Shown here: in pieces, positions 52,770 through 64,000 of the stretch
Layout: each line of letters opens with the position of its first letter
Position numbering within the stretch: position 1 is the first letter of the stretch
Origin: Camelus ferus
Lineage: Eukaryota
DNA length: 64,000 bases
Assembly (NCBI RefSeq): GCF_009834535.1
Contig: NC_045697.1
Coordinates: 31,622,001 to 31,686,000 of the forward strand
Reading direction: 5' to 3'
The notes under the pieces: generated by a model
What the model saw: only the letters and a program-made list of their open reading frames with translations
The model's database searches: none
What the model was told of the DNA's origin: nothing
Translations under genes and position numbers: made by a program

Positions 52770-53230
52770 GCTATTGCCATTTTAATTATAGGTAGCAAAC
52801 GACCATAAAGTCTTAGTGCCATATAACAATACAGGTTTGTATTTCCTCCTTGGTCTATGGATCGTCTGGTCAGTTTGTCTTTATCTGGGTTAGGCTCAGT
52901 TTGGCTCACTCATGCAGTTGCTGTGAGCTGTGGTTTGGCTGCCTACTTTTAAAGATCTTGACTGGAAGTTGTCATATGTCTGGAGCCTTCAGCCAGGGTT
53001 TGGGGTTGACTTGGCTCTGCTTTCTACGTCTCATCCTCTAGCAGGCTGGCCTGAGGATGTAGAGGAGGTAGTGGAGCAAGATAGAAAAGCACGCAAGTAC
53101 TACTTTTCTAGTATCTGCTTATATCAAGTGGGCTTGTATCCCATCAGCCATAGCCATTCACATGGCCAAGCACAGAGTTAATTTGGGATGGCACCCACCA
53201 AATTTTGAGAAGCTTGAAAAATCAGTGCCA
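52770..53230. mobile_element. MLT1 (G/H-like) LTR
   Basis: 'tctgggttaggctcag...ttggctctgctttctacgtctcatcctctagcaggctggcctgag...acatggccaagcacagagt'. Same family as 1165-2143. Confidence 0.65.
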
Positions 53231-53352
53231 TTAATGAAAAGAATCTTCCATGATCCTAGTATTTTCCCCCAAGATTTTTATTTCTTCTTTTTTTTCCCTC
53301 AATAGTACATTTTTACTGGAAAAAAAAAATGAAACTTTATTAATTCAACCAT

Positions 53353-53930
53353 TGTTGCAGAAAAATGTGTTACAGCTCAGTGTTACCACTCAGTTGTGAC
53401 AGCAACCTGGATCCAGGTGAGAGACCAAACAGCACTCTGAGAGTTGAAAAACTCAGGTTTATTACACCAGTGGGCCCATAAGAGTCAACACTTCAAGCTC
53501 TGGACCCCATCTGTAGGGTTACATAGGCCTTTTAAAGGCTGCCAGTTTTACACTTTGCAACATCATATGCAAATAAAGTATAACAGAAGTTGACCAACCA
53601 GGAATAAGCCTTGTAGAACTAGACCAATCAGGAGTGAGAGAAATAACCAATCAGGAGTGAGCTCCATGCAAATGAAGTACTACAAATGGACCAATCAGAA
53701 GTTAGGGAAGTGGATCAATCAGAAGTGAGAGTAATAACCAATCAGGAGTGAAGGAAATAAGCAATCAGAAGTGAGCTCAGGGAACCAATAGAATTCTAGG
53801 TGTAAGTTAGCCTCTTTAGAGGCAAAAAGTGAGATAGAGCCTCTGGGCCAGGGAACTGGACAGTGCTGGGAAGAGAGCAGCGGCCCTGCCTAGGGGTCCT
53901 GCTGGTCTTTTTATGGGGCTTCCCGCCTCA
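53353..53930 (-). mobile_element. Young ERV1-class solo LTR (578 bp) with perfect 4-bp TSD CCAT
   Basis: TG...CA ends. CCAT occurs at 53349-53352 and 53931-53934. TTTATT at 53458-53463 (polyA signal on the minus strand) and TTTTAAA near 53530 (TATA-like). Confidence 0.9.
53567..53790. promoter_or_regulatory. LTR U3 array of CCAAT boxes and two octamer motifs
   Basis: CCAAT at 53624, 53647, 53691, 53738 and 53785, plus three variants. ATGCAAAT at 53567-53574 and 53666-53673. Function is inferred only. Confidence 0.55.
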
Positions 53931-53934
53931 CCAT

Positions 53935-54740
53935 CATGTGTTCACTAAGTACCTAACATGTGCCATTAGAGTATACATTCTAGTGGTGGGACAGAAAAAA
54001 ACAAGACATAAATAAGTAAAATATAGAGTTTGCCAGATGTTGGTAAATACTGAGGAGAAAAATGAGGAAGATGATAATGGGCTGTTTTAAAATATATGTT
54101 CAGGGAAATTCTTGTAGATGAGAAGAAAGAAAGGGGCAAGCCATGAGAATATATGTGTGAATTTCCTTCCAGAAAGAGGATACAGCAAACTGAAAGATGG
54201 AAGCGTAAATGATGTCTTCCGAAAATGGCAAGAAGGCCACTGTGGCTCTTATAGATGCTCAAAGGGGCCAGGAGGAGGGAGTGGGACTGAGAGGTCACAT
54301 GAGCCATGTCAGAGGGGGCATAGTAAGCCAGCATGAGGGTTTTAATTTGTACTCTAAGTGAAATGATAAAGAATTGAAGGAATTTAAGTCAAGGGATGAA
54401 GAAATTAGACTTGCATTTAATTTTTTTCTTGTTGTATTAAAAATCAGCTTGTAAAATAAAATAAAAATCAGAATTTAACTCATTGCAGGCTGTGAAAATA
54501 GCAATCATTTAGACAGGTGGGAGAAAAGCCCAAATTGGAAAGGCTTCAAGAGAAAAGAGGAAGGAAAAGTGAAGACAACAGTTTACACATCTTTTTTGAA
54601 GACTTTTGTGTAACAAGAACAATAGTTGGACAGAATGTGGTGTCAGGGGAAGGGTTTCTGCTTGTTTCTTAAGACTGGGAGAATTACAGTATGTTCTCAT
54701 ATGTATGAGAATGATCCACTAAAAGTCAATTAAAAAGTGA
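53935..54740 (-). mobile_element. L2 3' segment
   Basis: 'tacattctagtgg', 'ttccagaaagaggatacagcaa', 'ttgtactctaagtgaaatg'. Confidence 0.7.
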
Positions 54741-54751
54741 CAGAATAGTGA

Positions 54752-55080
54752 CTCATGTTTCAACATGGATGAACCTCAAAAACCGTATGCTGAGTGAAAA
54801 AAGCCAGACACAAAAGAGCCCATGTATAAGAAATATTCAGAAAATACAAATTGATGGATTCAGACATCAAATCAGCAGTTACCATGGGCCTGGGGGTAGC
54901 AGTGGGGATTAACTATAAAAGAACTCATAGAAATTTTGTGGAGGTGATGGAAATGTTATAAAACCGGATTGCAGTGATGGTGACATAATCCTACAAATTT
55001 CCTGAAAAACGATCAATTGTACACTTCCAGTGGAAGATTTCTGTGGTGTGAAAATACTTCAATAAAGCTACAAAAACAAA
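54752..55080 (+). mobile_element. L1MB 3' end
   Basis: 'caacatggatgaacctcaaaaaccgtatgctgagtgaaaaaagccagacacaaaagag...ggtgatggaaatgtt...cttcaataaagct'. Confidence 0.85.
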
Positions 55081-56984
55081 CAGCTGGGATGGTTTTAAAT
55101 TATACATTACCCCAAAAGCCTTAACTAAGGTGTTTCTTTTCTATTGATCCTATGTAATTTAGTCTGCACATGGGAAATCAGAATTTCTAAGTTAGGCTGA
55201 GTTGCTCTTCTATTGGCAAAACTCAGTGTGCTCTATAAGAAGAATCAAGTCCCTGTATTTTACTTCTAATTTTTTAAAAAACTCATATTTAGTGGGAAGA
55301 AAATAAAACATCATATACGAATACCAAATATTAAAATAATTGGTTAAATAATTTTTCTCTATTCTTGAATTATTCCCCAAGTGAAACACTAAGAAAAGGA
55401 AGAAGGTACAACCGTCAGCTGATGGTGAGTGTGTGTGTTTTGGGGGAAAGGAGTCCTCCTCTCTTACTGCCTCGACGAGTACTTGCCCACCCACTGCCAC
55501 ACTTAACTCACTTCTGCACTGAACACACATGATGCTTCAACCAGCAAAGCAGACGTCAGGAGAACATGCAGAAGTATCTATAACACAGCAGCGTCTTTGT
55601 ATTCTGCTCAGATTACATAGCATCATATTTATTAAGATTGTGACAATATTAAACCAAAAAGAACTTTTAGAATCTTGAATTTTGTCTTTCAGCATCAGTA
55701 GTTACTACAGCATATTCTTAAAACGAATTTTTAAAAACCTCAAAGCTTAATAGCTCTAAAAAGAAGTAGAAATACTGTAAGAAACAGTTTTCAAAAAAAT
55801 GCAATACAGAATCCTAAGCTCTAGGTCAACCCTTTAGTCAGCTGATTATAGAAAGAGAATTTGAACTTCGTTTTTCACATGCACTTTATATGTGTTCAAA
55901 GGATACAGTAAACATTCAGTGTACCTTCAGGGAAACAGAACCCTCGTACTGTTCCAAAGTTCTCCCCCGAATTCACAGATGGCAGTTGTTTAAACTTGCT
56001 CTGTTTTATGTACTTGCTTGCTTATTGCTAATGTGCTAGGAGGTGAGTAGGAATGGATTATAGGATCATTAAAGAGACATTAGAAGAAATGCCTCAGCTC
56101 AGCGTTCTCTAATACCATTTGCCTGCCAAGAATTCTCGTGAATAATTTTTTTTTAAAACCTGAAAGTTCTATTCACATGTGTGAATTGCATGAAGCTGCC
56201 ATTCACTCTGCATATTCTAAGGGGTCAAAAGTACTTTGGAGTCTAGGAAGGAGACTTCATGATATGGGACTGAGCTGTAGGGCAATAGATCAACAGAAGG
56301 AAGATTCGAAGGCATAGGGTAAGAATGGGTTGTATAAGAAGATAAGACTGAAAAAGGAGAAGGAATGGACAACATTTCATAGGATTTTTTCATAGAATTT
56401 CTGCTAACTTTGTTACAGCTCCATTATCACCCCACTGGTATCTCCTCATTAACATCAGTGAGCATCTCAATTATTAAAATTTAAGAGGGAGAGGTGATTC
56501 CTATGAAACAGAAAGGTTCAAATTGCAAACAAACAAAAGACTTTGGAAACAGAAATACCAAGGGTCTTCATAAAATCAACCCAGCTAATATTTCACTATT
56601 TTGGCAAGTTTTGTTTCCATCTGAGAAAGGGGGACTTTTATGGTGTGGGAGAGATCTGCCTTGCTTCTTCTGTTTTCTAGAATTCTCTTAAGATGTAGGG
56701 TTCCGGGGGAAGGTCTCTTGCCAATTCAGTTGCTTTCGTAGCTGTCAATTCTTTTATATTAGGGTCACAATGCAAAACATGGGATCTTAACTTGATCAAA
56801 AATTAATCAAATATTATTCATTCTGGAATTGACAGGTTGTTTGTAAATCATGGGATCATAGTCCAAATGCTGGGAATATGAAATTACAGCTTGAGCTTAG
56901 ATGGTCTTCCATAGTAATGATCAGAAATAAAAATTAAGACATGTCTGACAAAGAAATTTTGTGCAAATTTCAGGTAATAGAGAA

Positions 56985-57320
56985 TTGTCCTGGATATTCT
57001 CTGTTTGCCTTTACATCTCCACACCGCAGTCTTCTTCATGCCCTGGGAAGCTGACCTCTGTGAACTGCATCAACGGAGTCCCCTTGACCTCTGACTTCAG
57101 TGAGAGGCAACTGCAGGAAATTGGGGGTCATTTCCTTACCTTCTTACCACTGGGTTTTAGGTAATAGCTCCCTATTATTGCAAGTCCCAGAGTGCTTCAG
57201 CACTCCTTGCTGGTTTCCTTTAACCCTGACCACACTTTTGTAAATAATCCATTAATTTAATCTCTCATTAATTATCTCACTTAAGCATCTATTTCTTTTC
57301 CTGGCAGAAAACTAAAAAAT
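56985..57320 (+). mobile_element. LTR33-like ERVL LTR
   Basis: 'tcctggatattctctgtttgcc...gggaagctgacctctgtgaactgcatcaacgg...ccctgaccacacttttgtaaata'. Confidence 0.75.
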
Positions 57321-59400
57321 AATTAGTATCAGGAGTATCAATTATTCCTGGTACTATCTGGAAACACCGCATATTTTAAGATTGCCCGTAACTTGCTTGC
57401 TAAGGGAAATGAGACATTGGTAATCCTTCCATTTATGGGAACAATTAAAAAAATGATTAGTAGGATGACATTGAATAAAGGGCAAGTGGTAAGCAAAGCA
57501 TTGAGAGATACACTGTAATGACCAAGGCAATGAGTCACTATGATGACAATGGTGTCACAAAGATGGTAGGGTCAGTCGGATGCTACTGTCAATCATGTTT
57601 CAGGCAATTTAATTTACTAATAGTATGGAATTTCATGCATATTACATGAAAGAGTTTCCACAGGGAAATAAGTTCAGAAAAGCCACACCAAATTTAAACA
57701 GATTTAATTAATGGAATATGAAAGTGCCAAATTATAAAGTTCAAAAAAATTTTAAATAAGATTCTTATATAAATGTAGCATGACCTGACGAATGTCTACT
57801 AATTTTTAGGGAACCATATAGAACTTATTTCATAAACTTGTCAAATAGCTGTTTAACAAGAAGAAACCATCAAGATGGTAAAGCTGATTCAAATATTATT
57901 TATTGCAATGAGTAATTTATAAGCAATGAAAAGCACACATGAGAATAAAACTGTTACATATATGTAAAACCAGTTAATAACCTATGAGACAATAAAATAA
58001 GAACTATAAATTTTGACATTAATTCTATCAAAAATAAATCATTTGTATAACTGTCAGACAAAAATCTACACATTAACTTGTAATTCCATAGAATATGTGC
58101 TCTGAACAAAAGTAAATGAAGTCAAACACAGATACATTCTCCTAGAAAACTGAATAAGCCTCAAGTAGTCCTGTTAAATAAAATGGTAATCATTATTTTT
58201 ATTTTGATATTTAAGCAAGTATGATTTGTCTTACGTTTCATATTCTCAGTAAGCAGTGAAATCCGAGTACAGTTATAAAATTCATTATTGTTCACTATAA
58301 AGTAATAAACATACTGAGGCCAACAGTGACAGCATCCCAAACTTCATGTCAGCCAATGTGTGTATAAGCACTTTCTAATTCTCACAGTAAAATTTTACAC
58401 ACACTTAGAGAAGAGTTTTTTTTTAAACCATCAATATCTCTTCGAATAGTAAGGTTTAAAAAATGTGTACATTTTTATAAAATCTCAGTTCAGAGCCTCG
58501 AACCTGAGATTCTGCAGTTCAAATGGGTCACTGAAAAATAGATAGCCTCTTAGGCATTGGAAACCCAATAGAAATTGCTTTTATATGCCATTTTAGAGTT
58601 CCACCTGCTCACCAGGAAGCAAAATGTCAGAAAGTAATGAATCAACATTATACATATTGAAGTTGCAAGATAGGAAATAGGATTCAGATCAAAGGTCTCT
58701 GAGAGACACTTACAAACAAACGAATTTTTGACATTGAAGCAGTCATTGCAGCCTTGTTTTAAATTCCTATACACAGCCACTGGATCATGCCGAATGGTTT
58801 TGTGTTTCTAAATTTTTATTTTTTTCTCAAGGATCTCCTGTAATAAAATTATACTGGTACAAAGTTGTTGATAAACCCGTGGACGTTGACATTTTCTTGA
58901 ATATGAAGATAAATAACAGTAAATAAATCACTACAAATTTAGATTAACCCCCAAAATAACTTCTAAGTCCTGGAAGTTCAGTAATATGAATGACTGGCCA
59001 AATTCATACACTAGAAGATGGTGAAATTTGAAAACTATGCTTCAGAGCTTCAGGGACAAAGTTACGCACTGCTTAAGAACACAAAATGTAAAAATTGTCA
59101 AGTTGCTAGTTTGGCAGAGATCAAGAATTTAGTTAAGCAATTTTTTTGGAATAAATCTCTATTGCCCAATTACTAAGTACTATTGCTCAACATGGCATTT
59201 TTCCATCTATGTTTGCTAGCCTTTGTTGATGAATGTTAGCAGTTGAGGTATATATTTTAAAAGATCATTTAAAAAACTGTAGGGATGGGTTTTTACATGG
59301 AAAGGATCCTTCTGGACAGTTTATGCATGAGCCTGGCTTTGAGTCGATTCCGTGAAGAGACTTAACAAGGGGTAAATCAACAGAATGTTGTTGTGAATTA

Positions 59401-60037
59401 TTTTTTTTTTTCAAGGTTGAGTAATATTCTATTGTATGCATACACCACCTTTTCCTTATCCACTCATCTGCTGTTGATGGACATTTGGGTTGTTTCCATA
59501 TCTTGGCTATTGTGAACAACATTGCAATTAACATGGCAGTACCGATATCCTGATTTCAAATCTTTTGTATATATACCCAGAAGTGGGATTGCTGGATCGT
59601 AGGGCAGCTGGGAGTCTCTGGCCCTTTTCTTTGTTTCCTCCTGTCCTCAGGTGGTCCAGTCCTTCCAATTCCCCAGTGTTTTGTGTGAGGTAAGACAGAC
59701 TGGCCTCTCAGGCAGTGCCCCCAAAATGTTGGGAAAGTCAACCTCCATCTTGGTTTCTCTTACCCCACTGGAGAAACCAGCAGCCAATAGGGCCCTTCTC
59801 AGCCAGGCACTGCACCGGGGGAGGGCAATATGGACAAAGTGAAGCTGTTTCTCTTATCCTTTTTAATGCAGCTTTTCTCAGTTTTTGTGTACTACCAGGT
59901 GCCACAACTTCATCCCTTGCATTCCGGAATTCTCACAAAAGGCATTGTCATCTGTGCGTAGTTGCTAAATCTGCATTTTTCTGAGGGTACTGGGGCTGGA
60001 GACATCCTATTCCATTATCTTGCTAACAGCACTTCCC
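59401..60037 (-). mobile_element. Rearranged L1: 5' UTR-like segment (about 59607-60037) fused to an ORF2 C-terminal fragment (about 59401-59607)
   Basis: The minus strand starts 'ggaagtgctgttagcaagataatggaatagg', resembling an L1M 5' end. The ORF2 piece translates as MLIAMLFTIAKIWKQPKCPST.DEWIRKRWCMHTIEYYSTLKK. Confidence 0.75.
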
Positions 60038-60239
60038 CTCAATCTTTTTTCTTTTTTTTTTTCAATTCAAGCCTCTGACTTTTTTCTTAATTTGTCATTG
60101 AAAATCCTATCATTTAGATTTCTCTAAATTTCCTACTATTCCTATTGGTCTCTGTTTTATTAATTTCAGTTTCTATGGTAGTTGAGGCCTGAACAATAAT
60201 TAATTGATTTCTTTGTCAATATGAAAGCGAATATTAATG

Positions 60240-60960
60240 GAACAAAGTACCCACACATTTTGAAGTAGGAGGAAGAATGGTGAGTATGAGGACAAGCTAT
60301 TAGAATTGGTACAGACAGTGTGGTACTGGGTGCTATGACATGAGAGCTGGTGAGGTGTGGAGGAGTCAGACCGTGCAAAGACTTAAAAGCTACATCAAGG
60401 GCATTTCTTTCATTCTAATAGCAGTGAGAGACCTATGAAAGGTTTTAAGCAGAAAGCGGCATGATCACATTTGTGTTTCAAAAATGTGTTTATTGATGTG
60501 TGTACTATAATTTGAAGTTGTTAGAGGGTGTGAACTTTCTAGAATTACAAGACTTACTAAGACTTACTAGAAACCAACCAAAATCTGATAGTGACATTAG
60601 TGTGGAAGCCGTGGATATGGAGAGAAGGTGATAGTTTTGAGAGCTATTTAAGAAAGTCAATAATGTGTTTTAATTACATATGGAGTTTAATGGAAAGGGA
60701 AATTTTAATATCTTTCCAGTCTTTGGTTTTTACAAAAGTGTAGTGGCAGGTTCATTATTGGAAACAGAGAAGGAATCCTGGAAGAAGACAGGGATAGAGA
60801 TGGAATATCATTCATTGGTTATAAGCGTGTTGAGCTTCCAATTTTCTTATTATATCCAAGTAGAGAGGGAAGGAAAGCAGTTTGATATATGGATTGGGGT
60901 CTCAAAAAAAATTAGCTTAAAAAGATACATCTTGAAAACATCACTACTGTCACCATTATT
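60240..60960 (-). mobile_element. L2 remnant
   Basis: 'tgaaaggttttaagcag...catgatcacatttgtgttt', 'gtggatatggagagaag', 'gcagtttgatatatgg'. Confidence 0.7.
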
Positions 60961-61334
60961 TATAATAAGGAAAATTAAAAATAGGTTATGTGACAATAGG
61001 AAATTAAGCGAATAATTAACTGTGTATGCAAACCATTTAAAATAACAATGTATTTCTGCATTTGTAATATGAGATTACTTTTCTGACGTATTATAATTTA
61101 AAAAAGCAGGTTATAAAAAATACAATCTGATTTTTATGGTAATTCCTCATTTATAAACATTAGTTTTTAAATGGCTATAGAGAATTGTCTTTGTATGTCT
61201 TAATTTATTTTAATGACAAAGAATGATTATGCTTCTTTGTATATTTAAGTTTCCTGAAAGAACTGGTGAAGTTGATTACATTAATTCAGACTCTTTTTGC
61301 AACTTAATTTTATAAAATTTCCAGTTTGACTAAT

Positions 61335-61480
61335 GGAAGGCAATATGTTCTGTACTAAATGCATTAAGTTTAAGTTCTCAGTTTGACTGTACTATCTACT
61401 CACTCTGTAGCCAAGGCATGTTTCTTAATTTCTATAAGCCTCGGGTTTTTTCCTACAGAGTAGGAAACAACTAACTTGGA
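61335..61480 (+). mobile_element. MIR fragment
   Basis: 'ggaaggcaatatg...actcactctgtagccaaggcatgtttcttaatttctataagcctcgggtttt'. Confidence 0.55.
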
Positions 61481-62199
61481 AGAACACTAAAATATTGTGA
61501 CAGTGTTATAATGTGATAGAGAAACCCAAAACCAGAATGGCCATTAAACTTCTTCATTCTGTAAAAATGAACTTTGAAAAAAAGGGAAAACAATAACACT
61601 GGTAAGTGAAGAAACTGAAACTTGAGTACAAGTCTTAGCCCTAACTTCTTGTCTGGAACTTGAATACATGTCTCTTCTTGACTGACAGAGGTGACTGTGT
61701 TGTGAAGCTAAGGAAGGTGGTTTCAGGTTCCTTCACCTTCACTGACCCCACCCCAAGGTTTAAGAGAAGTCAAGGAATGTGTTCACATAAATTACTATTT
61801 TTGTAAATTTTGCAGAAGTATCATAACTTCAGTCATTTAATAACACCATCTTATTCAACTCTCACTATCCCTTCATCTCTGTACCTATTGCTGTGTCTTT
61901 GGTGGGGTCAGGATCATTTTGGTAATCAGCTGAGGGGAAATGGAATTGCATACACATTGAGTTGGGGTTATGGAATATATCTATATGATCTTCAGTCCCT
62001 CCTGTGAATAGTTAGAGCTAGTGCTGGTCATCTGGGAGTAGGAAGTGTTCAATGAATGCTCTAATGAACCTATTTTCATTCATCACTTTTATTTATAATA
62101 TTATATACTTTTTCTTTAAAAAGATCTCCCAATTTATATGTTTCTAGTCCTACAAAACCTGTCCAGTATTACTTCTGTGTCAAAAATAGCTTCAGTGAG

Positions 62200-62800
62200 C
62201 TCCTTAAACAAGCAATTCTCCAAGAAAGACATACAAATGATCAATAGGCACATGAAAAAATGCTCAATATTGCCAGTTATCAGAGAAATGCAAATCAAAA
62301 CTACAATGAGGTATCACCTCACACCAGTCAGAATGGCCATCATTCAAAAATCCACAAATGACAAATGCCGGAGTGGCTGTGGAGAAAAGGGAACCCTCCA
62401 ACACTGCTGGTGGGAATGCAGTTTGGTGCAGCCACTGTGGAAAACGGTATGGAGATTCCTCAAAAGACTAGGAATAGACTTACTGTATGACCCAGGAATC
62501 CCACTCCTAGACATATATACAGAAGGAACCCTACTTCAAAATGACATCTGCACCCCAATGTTCATAGCGGCACTATTTACAATAGCCAAGACATGGAAAC
62601 AGCCTAAATGTCTGTCAACTGATGACTGGATAAAGAAGATGTGGTATATTTATACAATGGAATACTATTCAGCCATAAAAACTGACAACATAATGCCATT
62701 TGCAGCAACATGGATGCTCCTGGAGAATGTCTTTCTAAGTGAAGTAAGCCAGAAGGAGAAATAAAAATACCATATGAGATCACTCATATGTGGAATCTAA
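62200..62800 (+). pseudogene. L1 ORF2p C-terminal remnant including the cysteine-rich region
   Basis: [20 protein letters not shown]...[20 protein letters not shown]...[22 protein letters not shown] premature TAA at 62762-62764 lies 12 codons before the normal stop (…ICGI* at 62798-62800). Confidence 0.92.
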
Positions 62801-63121
62801 AAAAAAAGAAAGAAAAAAAAACAACCAAACAAAGCATAAATACAAAACTGAAATAGACTCACAGACATAGAATACAAACTTGTGGTTGCCAAGGGGGCAG
62901 AAGGTGGGAAGGGATAGAGTGGGATTTCAAAATTGTAGAATAGATGAACAAGATTATACTGTATAGCACAGGGAAATATATACAAGATCTTATGGTAGCT
63001 CACAGAGAAAAAAATGTGACAATGAATATATATATGTTCATGTATAACTGAAAAATTGTGCTCTACACTGGAATCTGACACAATATTGTAAAATGATTAT
63101 AAATCTATAAAAAATGTTAAG
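62200..63121 (+). mobile_element. Young 5'-truncated LINE-1 (camelid-like 3' UTR) with perfect 18-bp TSD
   Basis: aaaaatagcttcagtgag occurs at 62182-62199 and 63122-63139. Contains a well-preserved ORF2 C-terminus followed by the 3' UTR. Confidence 0.95.
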
Positions 63122-63146
63122 AAAAATAGCTTCAGTGAGGTCCTGC

Positions 63147-63208
63147 TTTCTCTCTCTCTCTATGTATGTATGTGTATATGTGTATGTATATACACATACA
63201 TATATATA
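63147..63208 (+). repeat. (CT)n/(TA,TG)n low-complexity tract
   Basis: Directly visible. Confidence 0.8.
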
Positions 63209-64000
63209 ACAAGGGAGCTATATGAGCATTATTTATTGGATAACCCCTATTTTTTCTTTACTGTGTTATGCATCATAGCTACAAAGATTAATTTAATAGA
63301 GTTCCTGCCTTTAAGATGTCCAAATCTAGGAGTCAGATTTTTAAACAAAATAGAACAGTATAGCATGATAGATGCTAAACCAATGATATGATCAAACATC
63401 CACAGAAGCAATATGGAAAGAAGCAGCAGATCTGCTCCAGGAAGCTGGGGATTATTCAGAGTGTATGTCACATGTAAATTGAGGTAGAATAGGGACAGAA
63501 GCCCTTTAAGACAGAAAATAGCATGATCCAAAGTACTGAAGAATTCTAGGTCTGTGTTCTAATGCTGTGTTTAGGTAAATGGCCAGAAGTTTATGATTTT
63601 TTTCAAGAATTAGCTGGTTTATGTTTGTGTATGGTTATTCACTAGACCAGACATGGATTGATTTATATAATTATCATAATATAAATAAATAAATTATTAA
63701 TTTATACAATTATACGCAACAGGGCACCTAAGTTACTTGCATCATTTTAAATAAAAATAACAAGTACACATACAATACTGTAGTGAAAATGAGTCTGTTT
63801 TCTGAAGTATCCACTTCAATGATTAAAGGCAATTTCAATAACTGTCTTTGGAGAATCACCCTCTCTGGAAAAGGACTATTGTTTCCTGTAATATAGAAAT
63901 ATAATTGCCAGTGTTCAGGAAACCTATTTGAAATAACTGTGTAGATACCATGCTTGGCTAAATAAAGAATGTCACATTGAAAAAAATACTTTGTATCTCT

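Noticed and set aside
53590..53790. Regularly spaced repeats resembling a CRISPR array
   Set aside because: Units are ~23-bp LTR enhancer repeats without unique spacers, the context is mammalian, and there are no cas genes.
58714..58808. Minus-strand open segment ending in a GTAAG donor (…YRNLKQGCNDCFNVKNSFV)
   Set aside because: No polypyrimidine acceptor upstream and the peptide is unrecognised.
60551..60570. 10-bp tandem duplication gacttactaa/gacttactag
   Set aside because: Ordinary slippage inside an L2 remnant.
62138..62764. Longest ORF (208 aa) as a host gene
   Set aside because: It is L1 ORF2 C-terminal sequence inside a TSD-flanked insertion.
1..64000. tRNA, rRNA, snRNA genes, processed pseudogenes, NUMTs or a full CpG island
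   Set aside because: None recognised by eye. A covariance-model (Infernal/Rfam) and BLAST search would be needed to exclude short or diverged ones.

Overview
AT-rich, CpG-depleted eutherian genomic DNA that reads as intergenic or deep-intronic. I recognise no protein-coding gene, RNA gene, CpG island or prokaryotic feature. Most tracked ORFs are chance ORFs. The only ones with recognisable protein similarity derive from retroelements: LINE-1 ORF2 pieces and an ERV-L dUTPase/integrase remnant. The window is a mosaic of ancient repeats (L2, MIR, MER3, MER5A, MLT1/MLT2, MER21, MER34-like, LTR33, old L1M) and younger lineage-specific elements, including several solo LTRs with 4-bp target-site duplications (TSDs) and a young 5'-truncated L1 with an 18-bp TSD. 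The young L1 3' ends, together with the apparent absence of Alu, B1, BovA, PRE and CanSINE, suggest a cetartiodactyl, probably a camelid (inference). The most interesting observations are (1) a solo LTR with a tandem CCAAT array and two octamer motifs, (2) a twin-priming-type inverted L1, (3) an L1 whose 5' end is fused directly to the ORF2 C-terminus, (4) back-to-back LTRs forming an inverted repeat, (5) a 46-bp micro-L1 insertion, (6) a CpG-gaining MIR next to a tandem motif repeat, and (7) a few orphan exon-like splice architectures. I found no convincing evidence of a novel biological system. Repeat family names come from recalled consensus sequences, not from a search, and boundaries of old repeats are approximate.
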